A stretch of 64,000 bases of DNA from a virus: positions 1 through 64,000 of the IMG/VR virus record IMGVR_UViG_3300050821_013777, one strand, 5' to 3'. The notes under the pieces were generated by a model. The model was not told where the DNA came from, did not search any database, and was given only the letters and a program-made list of their open reading frames with translations. Shown here one piece after another: positions 26,774-36,630 of this stretch. Position 1 is the stretch's first letter. Each line of letters begins with the position of its first letter. The translations under genes were made by a program, and so were the position numbers.

Positions 26774-27778
26774 ATGCGATTCGGCGCTGTCGCTCCGCTG
26801 CTACGAGCACACCAAGTGACCACGCTCGCGGATCGTGTGGTGCTGCTGCGAAAGCTGGTCTGGTTCGGCGCGACGGCGTTCGATCCGCACGAGCCCCCTG
26901 TTGGGAGCTTGCAGGACCCGAACATGCGCCAGATCGGCTTGGAGATCACGCAGCCGTGCCGCGGACGCGACGACATGTGCGAGCTGCATTCGATCTACTG
27001 GTTCACCAAGAACAACACGCGCTACACCGGCGACATCACCTTCAAGGACACGTTCCAGAGCGCGTGGCGGACGCTGCAGTACGGCGGCGGGGACTGTCTG
27101 CCGCTATCGACGCTAGTCCTGTGCTTGAACAGGAAGCGCGCAGAAGGCACGTTCGTGCCGCTGAGTGAGATCGAAGAAGGTGATCTCATCATGGCCGATG
27201 GCGACTGGACGCGTGTGGAGAAGAGCTGGTTCACGGGACGGAAGCCGATACTCGCGTTCGAGCTGAGCAACGCAACAGTGCTGCGATGCTCGCCCGAGCA
27301 CAGGCTGCTCACGCTTGATGGTCACGAACGGCGCGCGGCGCATGTCGAGGTCGGCGAGCATCTGCTCACGCCGCGACGCGAGATTTCGCTCGGGTATGGC
27401 AGCATCATCCCGGTGTCGCCTGGTGGTGCACGCGTCGTCGCGATCCGCCGTGAGCCAGGCGCGCAGCTGTGCATGGACATCACCACCGAAGCCGGGCATT
27501 TCTGGCTACCGGAGTCAGACACGCTCGTCCACAACTGTGATGACCATGCTGTCCAAAACGCCGTGCTCGCAATGGTGAACGGGTTCGAGACGCGCTTTCG
27601 CATTACGAGCAACACCGGGTCGAGCTGGGACCACATCTACCTGCAGGCTGGCGTCCCGAAGACACAGCCGCGCCGTTGGGTCACGCTCGACACGACGCTG
27701 CCCGGCCGCGACCGATTTGACGTGCAGCCCCCATTCGCGAAGAAAGAAGACTTCCCCGTGACGGAGCCCCGGCGATGA
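26774..27778 (+). CDS. Transglutaminase-like cysteine protease containing a mini-intein
   Basis: Removing the intein gives GGGD-CDDH (Cys), WDHIY (His), VTLDTT (Asp); also RYTGD..DTFQSAWRTL. Confidence 0.85.
   Translation: MRFGAVAPLLRAHQVTTLADRVVLLRKLVWFGATAFDPHEPPVGSLQDPNMRQIGLEITQPCRGRDDMCELHSIYWFTKNNTRYTGDITFKDTFQSAWRTLQYGGGDCLPLSTLVLCLNRKRAEGTFVPLSEIEEGDLIMADGDWTRVEKSWFTGRKPILAFELSNATVLRCSPEHRLLTLDGHERRAAHVEVGEHLLTPRREISLGYGSIIPVSPGGARVVAIRREPGAQLCMDITTEAGHFWLPESDTLVHNCDDHAVQNAVLAMVNGFETRFRITSNTGSSWDHIYLQAGVPKTQPRRWVTLDTTLPGRDRFDVQPPFAKKEDFPVTEPRR
27095..27535 (+). mobile_element. Mini-intein (147 aa, Hint domain only)
   Basis: Block A CLPLSTLV, block B LRCSPEHRLL, block F/G CMDITT..HFWL..LVHN followed by Cys; no endonuclease domain. 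Confidence 0.9.
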
Positions 27779-28390
27779 AAAGAGAAGGCAGGTGCGTGCT
27801 GCTGAGCCCTGCGCTGATCGCGAAGCTCCAGGTTCCATACGGCGCGGGAAAAGGCGCGTGGAGCGTCACATACCTGGATCGTTCGGGGCGTCGACAAGGC
27901 AGTGGCGTCGAGAAGCTAGGACGGAAGCCAGCATACGTGCGGTGCCCGCGATGAGCGACGGCAACACGCGTACGCTCTCGTTCCCGAACGGCGGGACGAT
28001 GGAGATCCCACTGCCGGGGTCGAAGGCCCGCTTCGCGATGAAGCCAGGATCGATTCTCTCCGACTCGCCGGCCTGCCCGACGCGCGCCACGCTCATCGCA
28101 GGCGTGGTGCTCGGCGTCGCGCTCGGTGTCGGCGTCACCGCCTGGTACGTGAGCCGTCACCGATGACGGGTGGACAGTTTCCACCGATGTCGATTCCGGT
28201 CGCGCCACCGGCGCAGGCACCGTCGAGCATCGCAGTGACGTGGGCAATGTTGGGGAAGTACGTTTCGCAGCTCGCGGCAGCGCATGCGCACGCGGACGTC
28301 ACGATCATCATGAAGGGCGGCAAGGTGGAGTTGATTCGCGTTACCCAGACGTGTTTGCCGAGCCAACTGCCACGGTAGTAGGATGGCAAC

Positions 28391-29248
28391 GTGATCACGC
28401 AAGCCATCGGTGCTGGCAGCATCTTTCCGAGCCGCAGAACGTGCTTCTGGCAGGAGCAGATCGACGGCCTCGAAGCTCAGCTCTGTGACGACGGCGAGGT
28501 CACCTTGTGGCGCGACGACCAGCATAACGTCTGGTTGCCGAGTGAGCCGCCACCGGCGCGCTGGAAGAAGGCTTTTCGTCACCACAACCCATCGACCGCG
28601 CTTCTTGGTGCTGGTCCGCTGCCGGGCATCTGCACGCCGCACAAGGCAGTACCACTCACGAAGATTCGTCGGCTGCAGAACGCGCTGCGCGGGCTCGCGA
28701 CACGATCGAGGGATGGATCGCTTCGCGTTGTCGCCGACGGGCTCATCGGTTCGCGAACGGTCGCGGCTGTCAACCGCGCGATGGTCACCTACGTGGGAAC
28801 GCCCCACACGCTGGCTACGGGGAATCTCACGCACGCCCAGGTCTCTGCGTTCGCACCGCAACTCACTGCTTCCATCGATCAGGCTCCGCGCCAGGCAGCC
28901 TCGCCGGCAGCTTCACAGGCGCCCGCCTCGTCGATGCCGCCACCCGTGACAACCCCGTGGCCTTCGCCATCACCGCAAGGAGCGCCGTCCATGCCCGCGT
29001 ACTACCCAGACGATCCCCAATACTACCCGCCACCGCGTCCTGCGTACTATCAGTCGGCGCCGACCTACTACGGGCCGACGCGCGCACCGGGTGGACTGCC
29101 AGCGGATCACGCGTCACTCGACGTGAAGGCGTTCGTGCCTGCGCAGTACGAGCACATTCGCGTGAACCCGACCACGGCGATGCTGCTGGTCGGGTTCAGC
29201 GTCCTGGCTGTGCTGTTCGTCCTCGACAAGAAAAAGAAAGCGAGCTGA
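28391..29248 (+). CDS. Membrane-anchored protein with a peptidoglycan-binding-like domain
   Basis: IRRLQNAL..VADGLIGSRTVAAV; Pro/Tyr-rich linker; C-terminal TM + KKKK. Confidence 0.65.
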   Translation: MITQAIGAGSIFPSRRTCFWQEQIDGLEAQLCDDGEVTLWRDDQHNVWLPSEPPPARWKKAFRHHNPSTALLGAGPLPGICTPHKAVPLTKIRRLQNALRGLATRSRDGSLRVVADGLIGSRTVAAVNRAMVTYVGTPHTLATGNLTHAQVSAFAPQLTASIDQAPRQAASPAASQAPASSMPPPVTTPWPSPSPQGAPSMPAYYPDDPQYYPPPRPAYYQSAPTYYGPTRAPGGLPADHASLDVKAFVPAQYEHIRVNPTTAMLLVGFSVLAVLFVLDKKKKAS

Positions 29249-29251
29249 GCC

Positions 29252-29710
29252 ATGTCACTTCTACTCATTCCCGCAGGCACAGGCCCGAGCACCGATCCTG
29301 TACTCACGCCGGAGTACATTTCAATCTGTGCGGTCGACAGCGGTTCAGGGGGGAATCTTCTCCTGAACATGCAGGGCGTAAACAATCCGACCGTGGCAGG
29401 TGCAGCAGACCTGTCGACGTTCTTCGGCAAGAACATCAACGAGCTGCCCATCTCCCGCGCGTTTCGGCCGATCTATACGCCGAACCCGTGGGGTGGCGGC
29501 GCGAACCGTGAGGCGCTTTCGGCGGTGCAGATTCGAGGAAATCTCGCCGTCACGATCTATCCAGTCGGCGCAGCCGGTGTTCTCCTCGGCGTCACCTATG
29601 ACGGGGAGACAGTCGCGGGGGTCCAGGTCCCGTTCCTGGAGCTGGTCGGGTCTGGTGTCGCGCAGTCCTGGCGCATCGATCTGCAGCTCCGTCACTCGAT
29701 CACGTGCTGA
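29252..29710 (+). CDS. Beta-rich putative virion protein
   Basis: Alternating beta pattern; ends LQLRHSITC. Confidence 0.55.
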   Translation: MSLLLIPAGTGPSTDPVLTPEYISICAVDSGSGGNLLLNMQGVNNPTVAGAADLSTFFGKNINELPISRAFRPIYTPNPWGGGANREALSAVQIRGNLAVTIYPVGAAGVLLGVTYDGETVAGVQVPFLELVGSGVAQSWRIDLQLRHSITC

Positions 29711-30203
29711 GTGGCCCGCAAGATCAAAGGTGCCTTCTGTGAGCGGGAGATGCTCCCGAAGAGTGCCTTTGACCGGCGGAGCTTTCGCTGGAAGAAGAAC
29801 GGTCGCAGCTGGGTGATGGTCGGGTGCCGGCGCGGGAAGTTCAAGCGCGGTCGCTGCTCGAACGGACTTCGGGCACACGTGATCTTGGTGAAGTCGACCG
29901 GCTCGTGCCCGATGGGCGGCCGGCTGATTCAGAAGGGGTGAAGAGATGGCGAAGCCTTCTTGTCAACGTCTCGGCGCGAAGATTCTCGAATGGCACGACG
30001 GGGGCGGCTCCGTCATGTACGCTGTGGGCAGCTCGCTCTACGCCGGACATCGTGTCCCGCGAGATCTCGCTGAGCGCGCGGCCGGGCAGCTTGACTCACT
30101 CGTGTCGTCGGCTCGGGCGCGCATGCACGGCTGGAACGCGAAGGACGCACGCTCGCTAGAGAGCATGGCGAAGCGGCTGCGCAAGCGAACCTGTCAGCTC
30201 TAA
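29711..30203 (+). CDS. Two small highly basic Cys-containing proteins (29711-29941, 29946-30203)
   Basis: Arg/Lys-rich consecutive ORFs in the structural region. Confidence 0.6.
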
Positions 30204-30554
30204 CGCGGCAAGAGCACGTTCACGAGCACCTGCGTGAGCAGGTACAGCAGCGCGCCACCTGCAGCTGCGCCGACTATGATGGCGACGCCGAGCCACCGTT
30301 CGTGATGCTTCATCGCGGGCAGCTCGGGATGAGCCGCGTGATGATGTCGCGGCACCGCGGGCAGGTGACTTCGGCGAGGGGCTGGAAGTACCCGGCCATG
30401 TCCAGCGATGGCACGCACAGCGCCTGACCAAAGTCCCGCTTCAGCCGACCGATCGTGAACGGCACATCGCTGACTGCGTGAAGCAGCGTCTTCGACAAGC
30501 CGGCGCGGCTGCCGCGGTACGCGCCGGCAAGAACGCCATCCGCGTGGAACGCCA

Positions 30555-30836
30555 TCAGCGAGCCCGCCCGAGCAGCGCCCTGATCTCACGTACGCCAGTC
30601 GTGCCCTCGAAGCGATGCATCTTGCCTGTCGAGTCCATCACAATCGTCGTCGGCGTGGCGCGCACCTTCATCTTGTCGCCGAACGCTGTCTCGTGCCCAC
30701 CCTTGCTGACGTCATAGATGCCGAGCGGATGGGGGAAGCCGTGCGCAGCCTGCTGCAGCTTCGGCATGAAGTCGTGGCAGGCACCGCAGCCGTCTTGAAT
30801 GAACACGAACGCGGCGGGGCGCGGTCGAGGCGGCAT
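30555..30836 (-). CDS. Thioredoxin-like protein
   Basis: FVFIQDGCGACH (CxxC) and VRATPTTIV cis-Pro motif. Confidence 0.8.
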   Translation of the reverse strand: MPPRPRPAAFVFIQDGCGACHDFMPKLQQAAHGFPHPLGIYDVSKGGHETAFGDKMKVRATPTTIVMDSTGKMHRFEGTTGVREIRALLGRAR

Positions 30837-31099
30837 CAGGCGGCGCTCCGTGCGAGCTGAGACGCAGCGAAGAGCACATCTCGCGATTCCTTGCTGACGT
30901 CGCGCGACCACGTGAGCCCCTCGTCTTCGTAGTCCCAGACCGGAGGTATGTTGAAACCCTTCGTGGCGATCGAGAAGCAGCGGCGCCCGCCCAGACACGA
31001 CGGGTTCAGCACCTCGACACCGACGACCCCGAACTGCATCGCCACGGCGACAAGCTGTCCCTGTTCGAGCAGGACTGCAGCCGGAGCCTTGTTGGCCAT
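30836..31099 (-). CDS. DEGxTW-family small protein
   Basis: EDEGLTWSRD..VLFAASQLARS. Confidence 0.7.
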   Translation of the reverse strand: MANKAPAAVLLEQGQLVAVAMQFGVVGVEVLNPSCLGGRRCFSIATKGFNIPPVWDYEDEGLTWSRDVSKESRDVLFAASQLARSAA

Positions 31100-31350
31100 C
31101 AGCGGTCCCTGCTCTGTTGCACGATATATGTGAGCCCGCCGACGAGCAGGAAGATGCCGCTGTTCACGATGTACGCGGCGGCATCCTTCACCGTGTCGTG
31201 CTCGCCGTCCATGAGCGCTCGCACAGCGAGCCCGGCGACGAAGCCCGCAGCGCTGCCGATGGTCGCTGGCACCATGAAGTCGGACAGGCGGACCGGGCGC
31301 GCGCCGGCCAGGAGATGCTGCCGGCGCGGTGGATAGTAGTGGGCGTGCAT
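31099..31350 (-). CDS. Small 2-TM membrane protein
   Basis: Two hydrophobic segments; TGATG coupling. Confidence 0.6.
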   Translation of the reverse strand: MHAHYYPPRRQHLLAGARPVRLSDFMVPATIGSAAGFVAGLAVRALMDGEHDTVKDAAAYIVNSGIFLLVGGLTYIVQQSRDR

Positions 31351-31825
31351 CAGCGATCGACCTTTACGCTGCAGCCGAGTTTCTTGGCGAGCTTCTCCGC
31401 TTTGCGAATGGCGGTTTTCTGCGTGCCGTGACGAGAGACGACATCTTGCGGACGGTCGCCGGTCGCTACGGCGAACATGCGCTGGTTGCCAGTGCGCGGG
31501 CGGTAGCTGTAGACGATGAGGTTGCAGGCCATCGTGTTTTTTACCTGCGGGTCTTGCAGGCCACTTCGCCGCGCTCGCACAGCTGCTGCCGAGCGTCTTC
31601 GAGCATTCGCTTTGCTGCCTGCTTGTACCCACGCGGGATGCCTGAAGCGGCAGGCGTCCACACGTTGATTCTCCCGTTCTTTTGGATCGTACCGATCCAG
31701 GTCGGGAAGGGCAGCGTCTTGCCGGAGTCGACACGCAGCTCGTTCTTGTCGACCATGACGGTGAAGTATCCGGGATGGGCTGTGCCCTTTTCGATCTTCG
31801 CCATGCCCACCACTTTACCCTCGAT

Positions 31826-31948
31826 TTGACAGCCGCCAAAATCTCCACGACACTGGCGTTCACATAGAGGGTTTCGTCCCTCACCTTTAGCGACTCGAAG
31901 ATCGGGCGCTCCTCCGCAGACAACTGCGGGCGAGCGCCCTTTTTGCGT
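31826..31948 (+). promoter_or_regulatory. Structured late-gene leader, copy 2
   Basis: TTGACA-17-GACACT, ACATAG, GAGGG..TTCG..CCCTC, GCGACTCGAAGATC, GGGCGCTC..GAGCGCCC + TTTTTGCGT; heads the capsid operon. Confidence 0.7.
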
Positions 31949-31996
31949 TTCTAGCCTCCGAGTCGCTCCAACACCCCCCACCCAGGAGCACTCGAA

Positions 31997-32668
31997 ATGC
32001 TGACGCAGAACGGACCCGGCGGACGCGGCTCCATCCCTGCGCTCGTGATGCGCACGGGTCTCATTCAACCGGTCGACCCGGCGAACGCGCGCCGCGACGT
32101 CCAAGCGAACCACGTGCGCGATGTGACCCACTGGCCGACCGATCAGATTCCCTCGCCCGACGGCATGGATTCGCTGCCACCGGCGATGCCGATGTCGACC
32201 GCGCCACAGATGACGCCGATCCCGGCGCCGTACAGCCCGCTGACGACTGCAGTCGCGCAGACCGTCGCGGCCGTGCCGCCGCAGCCGATCACCAACCTCT
32301 CGCCCGGCCCGATGCCACGACGGGAGAGCGACCGGCACCACTGGCATCACCAGCATCGGCACGTGCACCCGATGGTCGCCGACATCCAGCGGCTGCATCC
32401 CGGCGCGCGCTTGCACGGCGCCGACGACATCCTGCTCGGTGAGTGGAACGGCAAGCCGGTGGCGAAGTTCGAGATCGCTGCCTCGCCGCCCGCGAACGGT
32501 GCACAGGGCGCCATCTACGCGCTCCGCGACGCCGCCCGCCATCTCGTGCAGAGCGGGCTCGCAGCGCTGCCGCCGGAGCTTGTCGGTGGTCCGCTCGCGG
32601 CGCTCATGCGCGGCGGCGCCGTCGAGCTGCATTTTCAGAATGGGGTTGTCGCTCGAACGGCGCTCTGA
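31997..32668 (+). CDS. Hypothetical protein, first gene of the putative capsid operon
   Basis: AGGAG SD; Pro/His-rich middle; GC3-rich. Confidence 0.65.
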   Translation: MLTQNGPGGRGSIPALVMRTGLIQPVDPANARRDVQANHVRDVTHWPTDQIPSPDGMDSLPPAMPMSTAPQMTPIPAPYSPLTTAVAQTVAAVPPQPITNLSPGPMPRRESDRHHWHHQHRHVHPMVADIQRLHPGARLHGADDILLGEWNGKPVAKFEIAASPPANGAQGAIYALRDAARHLVQSGLAALPPELVGGPLAALMRGGAVELHFQNGVVARTAL

Positions 32669-32706
32669 CCCCCAACCCACACCAACACGACAGCAAGGAG
32701 ATCGAG

Positions 32707-32817
32707 ATGGCCAAGAAGAGGAAGTGCCGGTACGGCGTCAACAAGATCAAGGGGACCTGCCTCAAGCACAAGCGCACGGGCTTGAGCGGCTCGCGTCACC
32801 GTCGCAAGCGGCGCTAG
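32707..32817 (+). CDS. 36-aa very basic peptide (possible DNA-condensing/core protein)
   Basis: AAGGAG SD; MAKKRKC..GLSGSRHRRKRR. Confidence 0.55.
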   Translation: MAKKRKCRYGVNKIKGTCLKHKRTGLSGSRHRRKRR

Positions 32818-32865
32818 TTCCACCCCACCACACCCAAAACCACAACCCCAACAAAGGAACACATC

Positions 32866-33402
32866 ATGGCTCGACACAGGTTCCGCGGGTTCGGTGACGG
32901 CGGGGGAAATCCCGCCATCGCTGGTCCGCTCATCGGCGGCGGTGCCACGCAGATCGGCATCATGCTCGCTCACCTGCACGCGAAGAAGAATCCGGCGGCT
33001 CTCCGGCACTCGGGGATTCACGGGCTCGTCCTCGGCGGTCTCGTGGGCGGCGCGCTGGCGTTCACCCACAAGCATCGGCAGACGGGCATCAGCGCGCTCG
33101 TCACCGTCGGCATCATCACGCTGCCCCGCATCCTGGAGGGCTTCATGGGCCTCGGTCATCGCGACGAGACCATGAAAGGCTACGAGCTGGGGATCATCAC
33201 GCCCCAGGCGTACGAGGCTCTCTCGGGCGCAGGCGACGAGGCCGCTGTCCAGATCATGGACTCGGGCTCGGGCTCGACCGGAATGCTCGGAACGCACGTC
33301 GCGGAGGAAATCCATCCGATGGCGGGCGCGGGCGGCGCGGGCGAGTACGTCGAGATGCTCGGCAGCTCGGGCTTCGGCTCGAACTTCCTCAGCGCGCAGT
33401 AG
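32866..33402 (+). CDS. Putative major virion membrane protein
   Basis: SD; three Gly-rich hydrophobic segments; immediately upstream of the putative MCP. Confidence 0.65.
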   Translation: MARHRFRGFGDGGGNPAIAGPLIGGGATQIGIMLAHLHAKKNPAALRHSGIHGLVLGGLVGGALAFTHKHRQTGISALVTVGIITLPRILEGFMGLGHRDETMKGYELGIITPQAYEALSGAGDEAAVQIMDSGSGSTGMLGTHVAEEIHPMAGAGGAGEYVEMLGSSGFGSNFLSAQ

Positions 33403-33528
33403 GCGCGATCGATTTTTCTGTGCGTCCGGCGAGCCGCTGCTCCGGCGCAGGTGACCAACTTCGGCGGCAAACCCACAAAGAGGGGGACCACACCGGCTAA
33501 GCCGACCCCCCTCGAAGGAACAACTCAG

Positions 33529-34622
33529 ATGGCAAATACCGGCACACTGACTGTGCGAGTTCGGGGGGTTCCGTTCCCCATCGAGTTCGCGGACTGGACC
33601 CACGACCGCCTCTACGCCACCGTCGAGTTCGAAGGAACCGACAGCCAGGTGATCCAGGCGTTCATCGGCGCGCAGGGCGCCACGATCCCGGGCGGCGCGC
33701 GCACGCTGACCTCGGTGGACACCAACATCCCGCGCTCGGGTGACACCGGGTTGCAGGAGGGTTGGGAGATGCTGATCTACAGCATCCAGATCCAGATCGA
33801 CCGCGAGATGGCGCGCAATGCGTCCCAGCAGTTCTTCCAGCTGCAGGACCAGACCAACGTGGGCGGCGCGACGCAGTTCAGCCGCAACGTCCACCTCGGG
33901 GGCTACGACCCCAGCAACACCGCGGGCGGCGTGCTCTTCGACTTCCTCCGGAAGACCTACCACAAGTTCCAGGTCAACCAGAAGGTCCAGTCGGAGGGCC
34001 CGGTGTCCAAGTACCCGCAGGGGTCGGGCATCTCGGTCTTCGGCACCACGACGAACCTGGAGAACGCGAACAACGGCTTGCCGTCGCCGCGTGACCAGTC
34101 GGCGTTCGTGCTGCCGATCTGGCTCCGCCCGAACATCGCGTACGTGGCGCTCCTCGCGCCACAGGCGACGCTCGGCATCGGCGGCGCCTCGGTCGCGTCG
34201 GGCCCGCCGTTCCCGACGGTCGAGGGCTACTTCGACTGGTCGTCGATCCCGGCGACCAACATCGGGTTCGACGTGAAGGAGACCTTGGAGGGTCAGGAAG
34301 GCCCCCTCAACTAGCGATAGTTGAGTGAAGAACTCGGTGAATTGCTGGAAACTCCTTAAGCCATGAACACCACAACGCAGCCGAAAACGGCAATCGTGAC
34401 GGTTCGAAAAGTTCACGGATTGGACAATCAGCAGCCAAGCCTCACTCGCGTGGGGAAGGTTCAGAGACTAGGGGGCAACCCCGTAGGGTCCAAGCGGATC
34501 CGAAGTGCCGAGCACCTGTTCGCAGGTGGTGATGTAGTCCGACCTGAATCGAAAGATTCAGAGGTGTGCTGGAAGCGAGCACACCGCAACGTGGCCAGCT
34601 TCTGCGCCGCCCCGTCGTCTGA
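33529..34622 (+). CDS. Putative major capsid protein (single jelly-roll type), spliced: join(33529..34293,34599..34622), 262 aa
   Basis: Strong codon bias, beta-rich, long leader, strong terminator; splicing gives C-terminus ETLEG-LLRRPVV*. Gene structure is well supported; the capsid call is inference. Confidence 0.65.
34294..34598 (+). ncRNA. Group I self-splicing intron, subgroup IA, 305 nt, no internal endonuclease
   Basis: P AATTGCTGGAAA (34340), Q AATCAGCAG (34426), R GTTCAGAGACTA (34459), S GATGTAGTCC (34531); P1 GGGU/GCCC, P2 GNRA hairpin, P3 CTCGGTG/TGCCGAG, P7.1, P7.2, P8, P9; terminal G 34598; P10 CAGGAAG/CTTCTG. Confidence 0.93.
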
Positions 34623-34655
34623 TCGAGAGCTGAACTAGGCTCGATCCGAACGACA

Positions 34656-34700
34656 AGAAAACCCCCGACGCTCGAAAGAGTGTCGGGGGTTTTCTCTTTT
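34656..34700. terminator. Bidirectional intrinsic terminator
   Basis: AGAAAACCCCCGACGCTC-GAAA-GAGTGTCGGGGGTTTTCT with A/T tracts, between convergent genes. Confidence 0.85.
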
Positions 34701-36009
34701 ACAGCCCATTCATCCCAGGTGGATACGGGACGCCTTTTTTACCGAACAGTTCGGGGTGCTCTTCTTGTAGATGTCGTGCGAGTTGTACGGCGTGCTTGTA
34801 GCGTCTCCACCCAGCGACGATCGCGACGCCTTGCTCAGTCAGCTGGCCGTTCTTCAGCAGACCCCAGCGGCCGAACGCACCTACTGGCGCGCGTACTCCT
34901 CGATCTACTTCGTCAAGACGTTCAGCACGCTCGCCGAACGCGAGAAGTAGTCGAACGCGGTTCATGGAGTGGACGAAGGCCCTTGCGTCGAGGAGCTGCA
35001 GCATCTCTCCGGCGCGCAGTGTGATGTGCGTGCCTTCATCAGTGTTTCGATGGTAGCTGCCTGCCTCGAAGGTCCAGCCGAACGCCTCAGCGAGCGCACG
35101 CTTGACAACTCGGTGCTCAGCGGCGTGCCCTGCGAGACGCAAGTCCTTGCTATTCTTTCCGTCTACGAACGCCCCGTCCCCGTCTAGCCATCCGAGCGCG
35201 AATTCTCGTGCAGCGTCGGGTGAAGGGAACGGCGCAGCGAAGATCTGCGCAAGCGCGACGCGCGCTATCCGCAGCAGCGGGCTCGACTTCCGCACGTGAA
35301 TGATGCCAGCATTTTCGCCTCGTCCAGGTGCGCGAGCGCGCTCGGCTACAATCTCGACGCCAAGAGCCTCATACTTCTGGCGCGCGTGCACAGCAGGTTC
35401 GTCCCAGGCGTGCAGCACCTCCAGCGAAAGTCGTGATCGGGGCAGCCCCCACTGGGCGAGCAAATCAATCGCGTGAGCCAGCAGTAGTGGGTTCGTGTTC
35501 GCAAAGGTGAAGTCGACGGCCTCTTGCCCCTTCGTTCCCTCAGCCTGCCAGAGACCTAGCACACGATAGACGGCCAGTGGTGGCGGAACACGGGTCAGCT
35601 CGAACGGCGGCTCGTGCTGGTTCCAGATCGACAGGGCCCCCCCTGCACCATCGACGGGAAAGTAGCTCTCGTGCGTGACATGTGGCAGCCAGTCGAAAGC
35701 ACTGTCTGCTCGGGGCCGCGCAGCGTACGGCTCGGCGCTCTCCGCCTCGACGTGCAGTACGGTGCCGCGCTCGATCCCCGGCGCGCAGTATCGCGGCAGC
35801 GTGACATCGACGGACGCCCGCGACGGCGGCCGGCGGGCGTACGCGAAGAATGGCGTGCTGCTGTTCACACGCAGACGCAGCCACCCTGGCGCCTGAAACG
35901 TCCCATCGAGCGTCCTGTATTCAGCGGGTATTGTCATGCAAGGCGACGTCCCCGTACCAACATTCGCTTTCTTTCCCTGGAAATACGCGACGACGCTGAA
36001 CTTGACCAT
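34699..36009 (-). CDS. Free-standing LAGLIDADG homing endonuclease (two motifs)
   Basis: VYRVLGLWQAEG..FTFANTN and REFALGWLDGDG; antisense insertion in the structural operon. Confidence 0.75.
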   Translation of the reverse strand: MVKFSVVAYFQGKKANVGTGTSPCMTIPAEYRTLDGTFQAPGWLRLRVNSSTPFFAYARRPPSRASVDVTLPRYCAPGIERGTVLHVEAESAEPYAARPRADSAFDWLPHVTHESYFPVDGAGGALSIWNQHEPPFELTRVPPPLAVYRVLGLWQAEGTKGQEAVDFTFANTNPLLLAHAIDLLAQWGLPRSRLSLEVLHAWDEPAVHARQKYEALGVEIVAERARAPGRGENAGIIHVRKSSPLLRIARVALAQIFAAPFPSPDAAREFALGWLDGDGAFVDGKNSKDLRLAGHAAEHRVVKRALAEAFGWTFEAGSYHRNTDEGTHITLRAGEMLQLLDARAFVHSMNRVRLLLAFGERAERLDEVDRGVRAPVGAFGRWGLLKNGQLTEQGVAIVAGWRRYKHAVQLARHLQEEHPELFGKKGVPYPPGMNGL

Positions 36010-36130
36010 TTGAAGGTAAGTTTAGCACCGCCGTCAATCGCCCGTCTGTGGTCGATTACACGAAGCTGGCTTTCCGGAGCAGTCGGGCCAGTTTGCCTTC
36101 CACCCCGCACCCGTCCTATCATCGCTTTCT

Positions 36131-36625
36131 ATGAGCGTCGGCGACATCTCTCCTGGTCTCGAAGCGATGATGGTCCAGCTCGGGCCGTGGATTCACCACA
36201 TCAAGGCGGCCCTCGATCCGCTGCTCGGGCAGCCGATCATCCGCATGCCCTATTCGCTGCCGCTCGCGCAGGCGCAGGTCATCCCGCCGGGTGGACAGAA
36301 CGTCGTGCTCAACTCGACGTCGTTCACCTTCAACCTCGAATGGCCGATGGAAGTGCACGAGGTGAAGTTCTCGCAGGACATCGCGCACACCTACCGCGAC
36401 TGGCAGGTGTACATCCAGGATCAGACGTTCAACCAGCCGCTGCAGAAGAACGCGTCGTCGGTGGCCGATCTCGTCGACGACAACACCGGCAAGTGGGTCT
36501 GGCGGTTTCCCTGGACGATTCGTCCGAAGGGTGGCGCGATGAACGTGGCCGTGAACAACCTCGACACGGTGAACCCGATCACCGTCGACATGTCGTTCCT
36601 CGGCTTCCTGATGATCCCACGGTAG
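36131..36625 (+). CDS. Putative second (small) jelly-roll capsid protein
   Basis: 164 aa all-beta pattern ending VDMSFLGFLMIPR; TTGCCT-17-TATCAT promoter upstream. Confidence 0.55.
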   Translation: MSVGDISPGLEAMMVQLGPWIHHIKAALDPLLGQPIIRMPYSLPLAQAQVIPPGGQNVVLNSTSFTFNLEWPMEVHEVKFSQDIAHTYRDWQVYIQDQTFNQPLQKNASSVADLVDDNTGKWVWRFPWTIRPKGGAMNVAVNNLDTVNPITVDMSFLGFLMIPR

Positions 36626-36630
36626 TCGCG

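Noticed and set aside
32635-34416. 593-aa minus-strand ORF
   Set aside because: Antisense shadow of GC3-biased plus-strand genes; the same applies to 19889-21421, 6011-7171, 9767-10819 and 8814-9812
34363-34638. 91-aa ORF inside the intron as an intron-encoded protein
   Set aside because: It runs through the catalytic core helices and has no endonuclease motif
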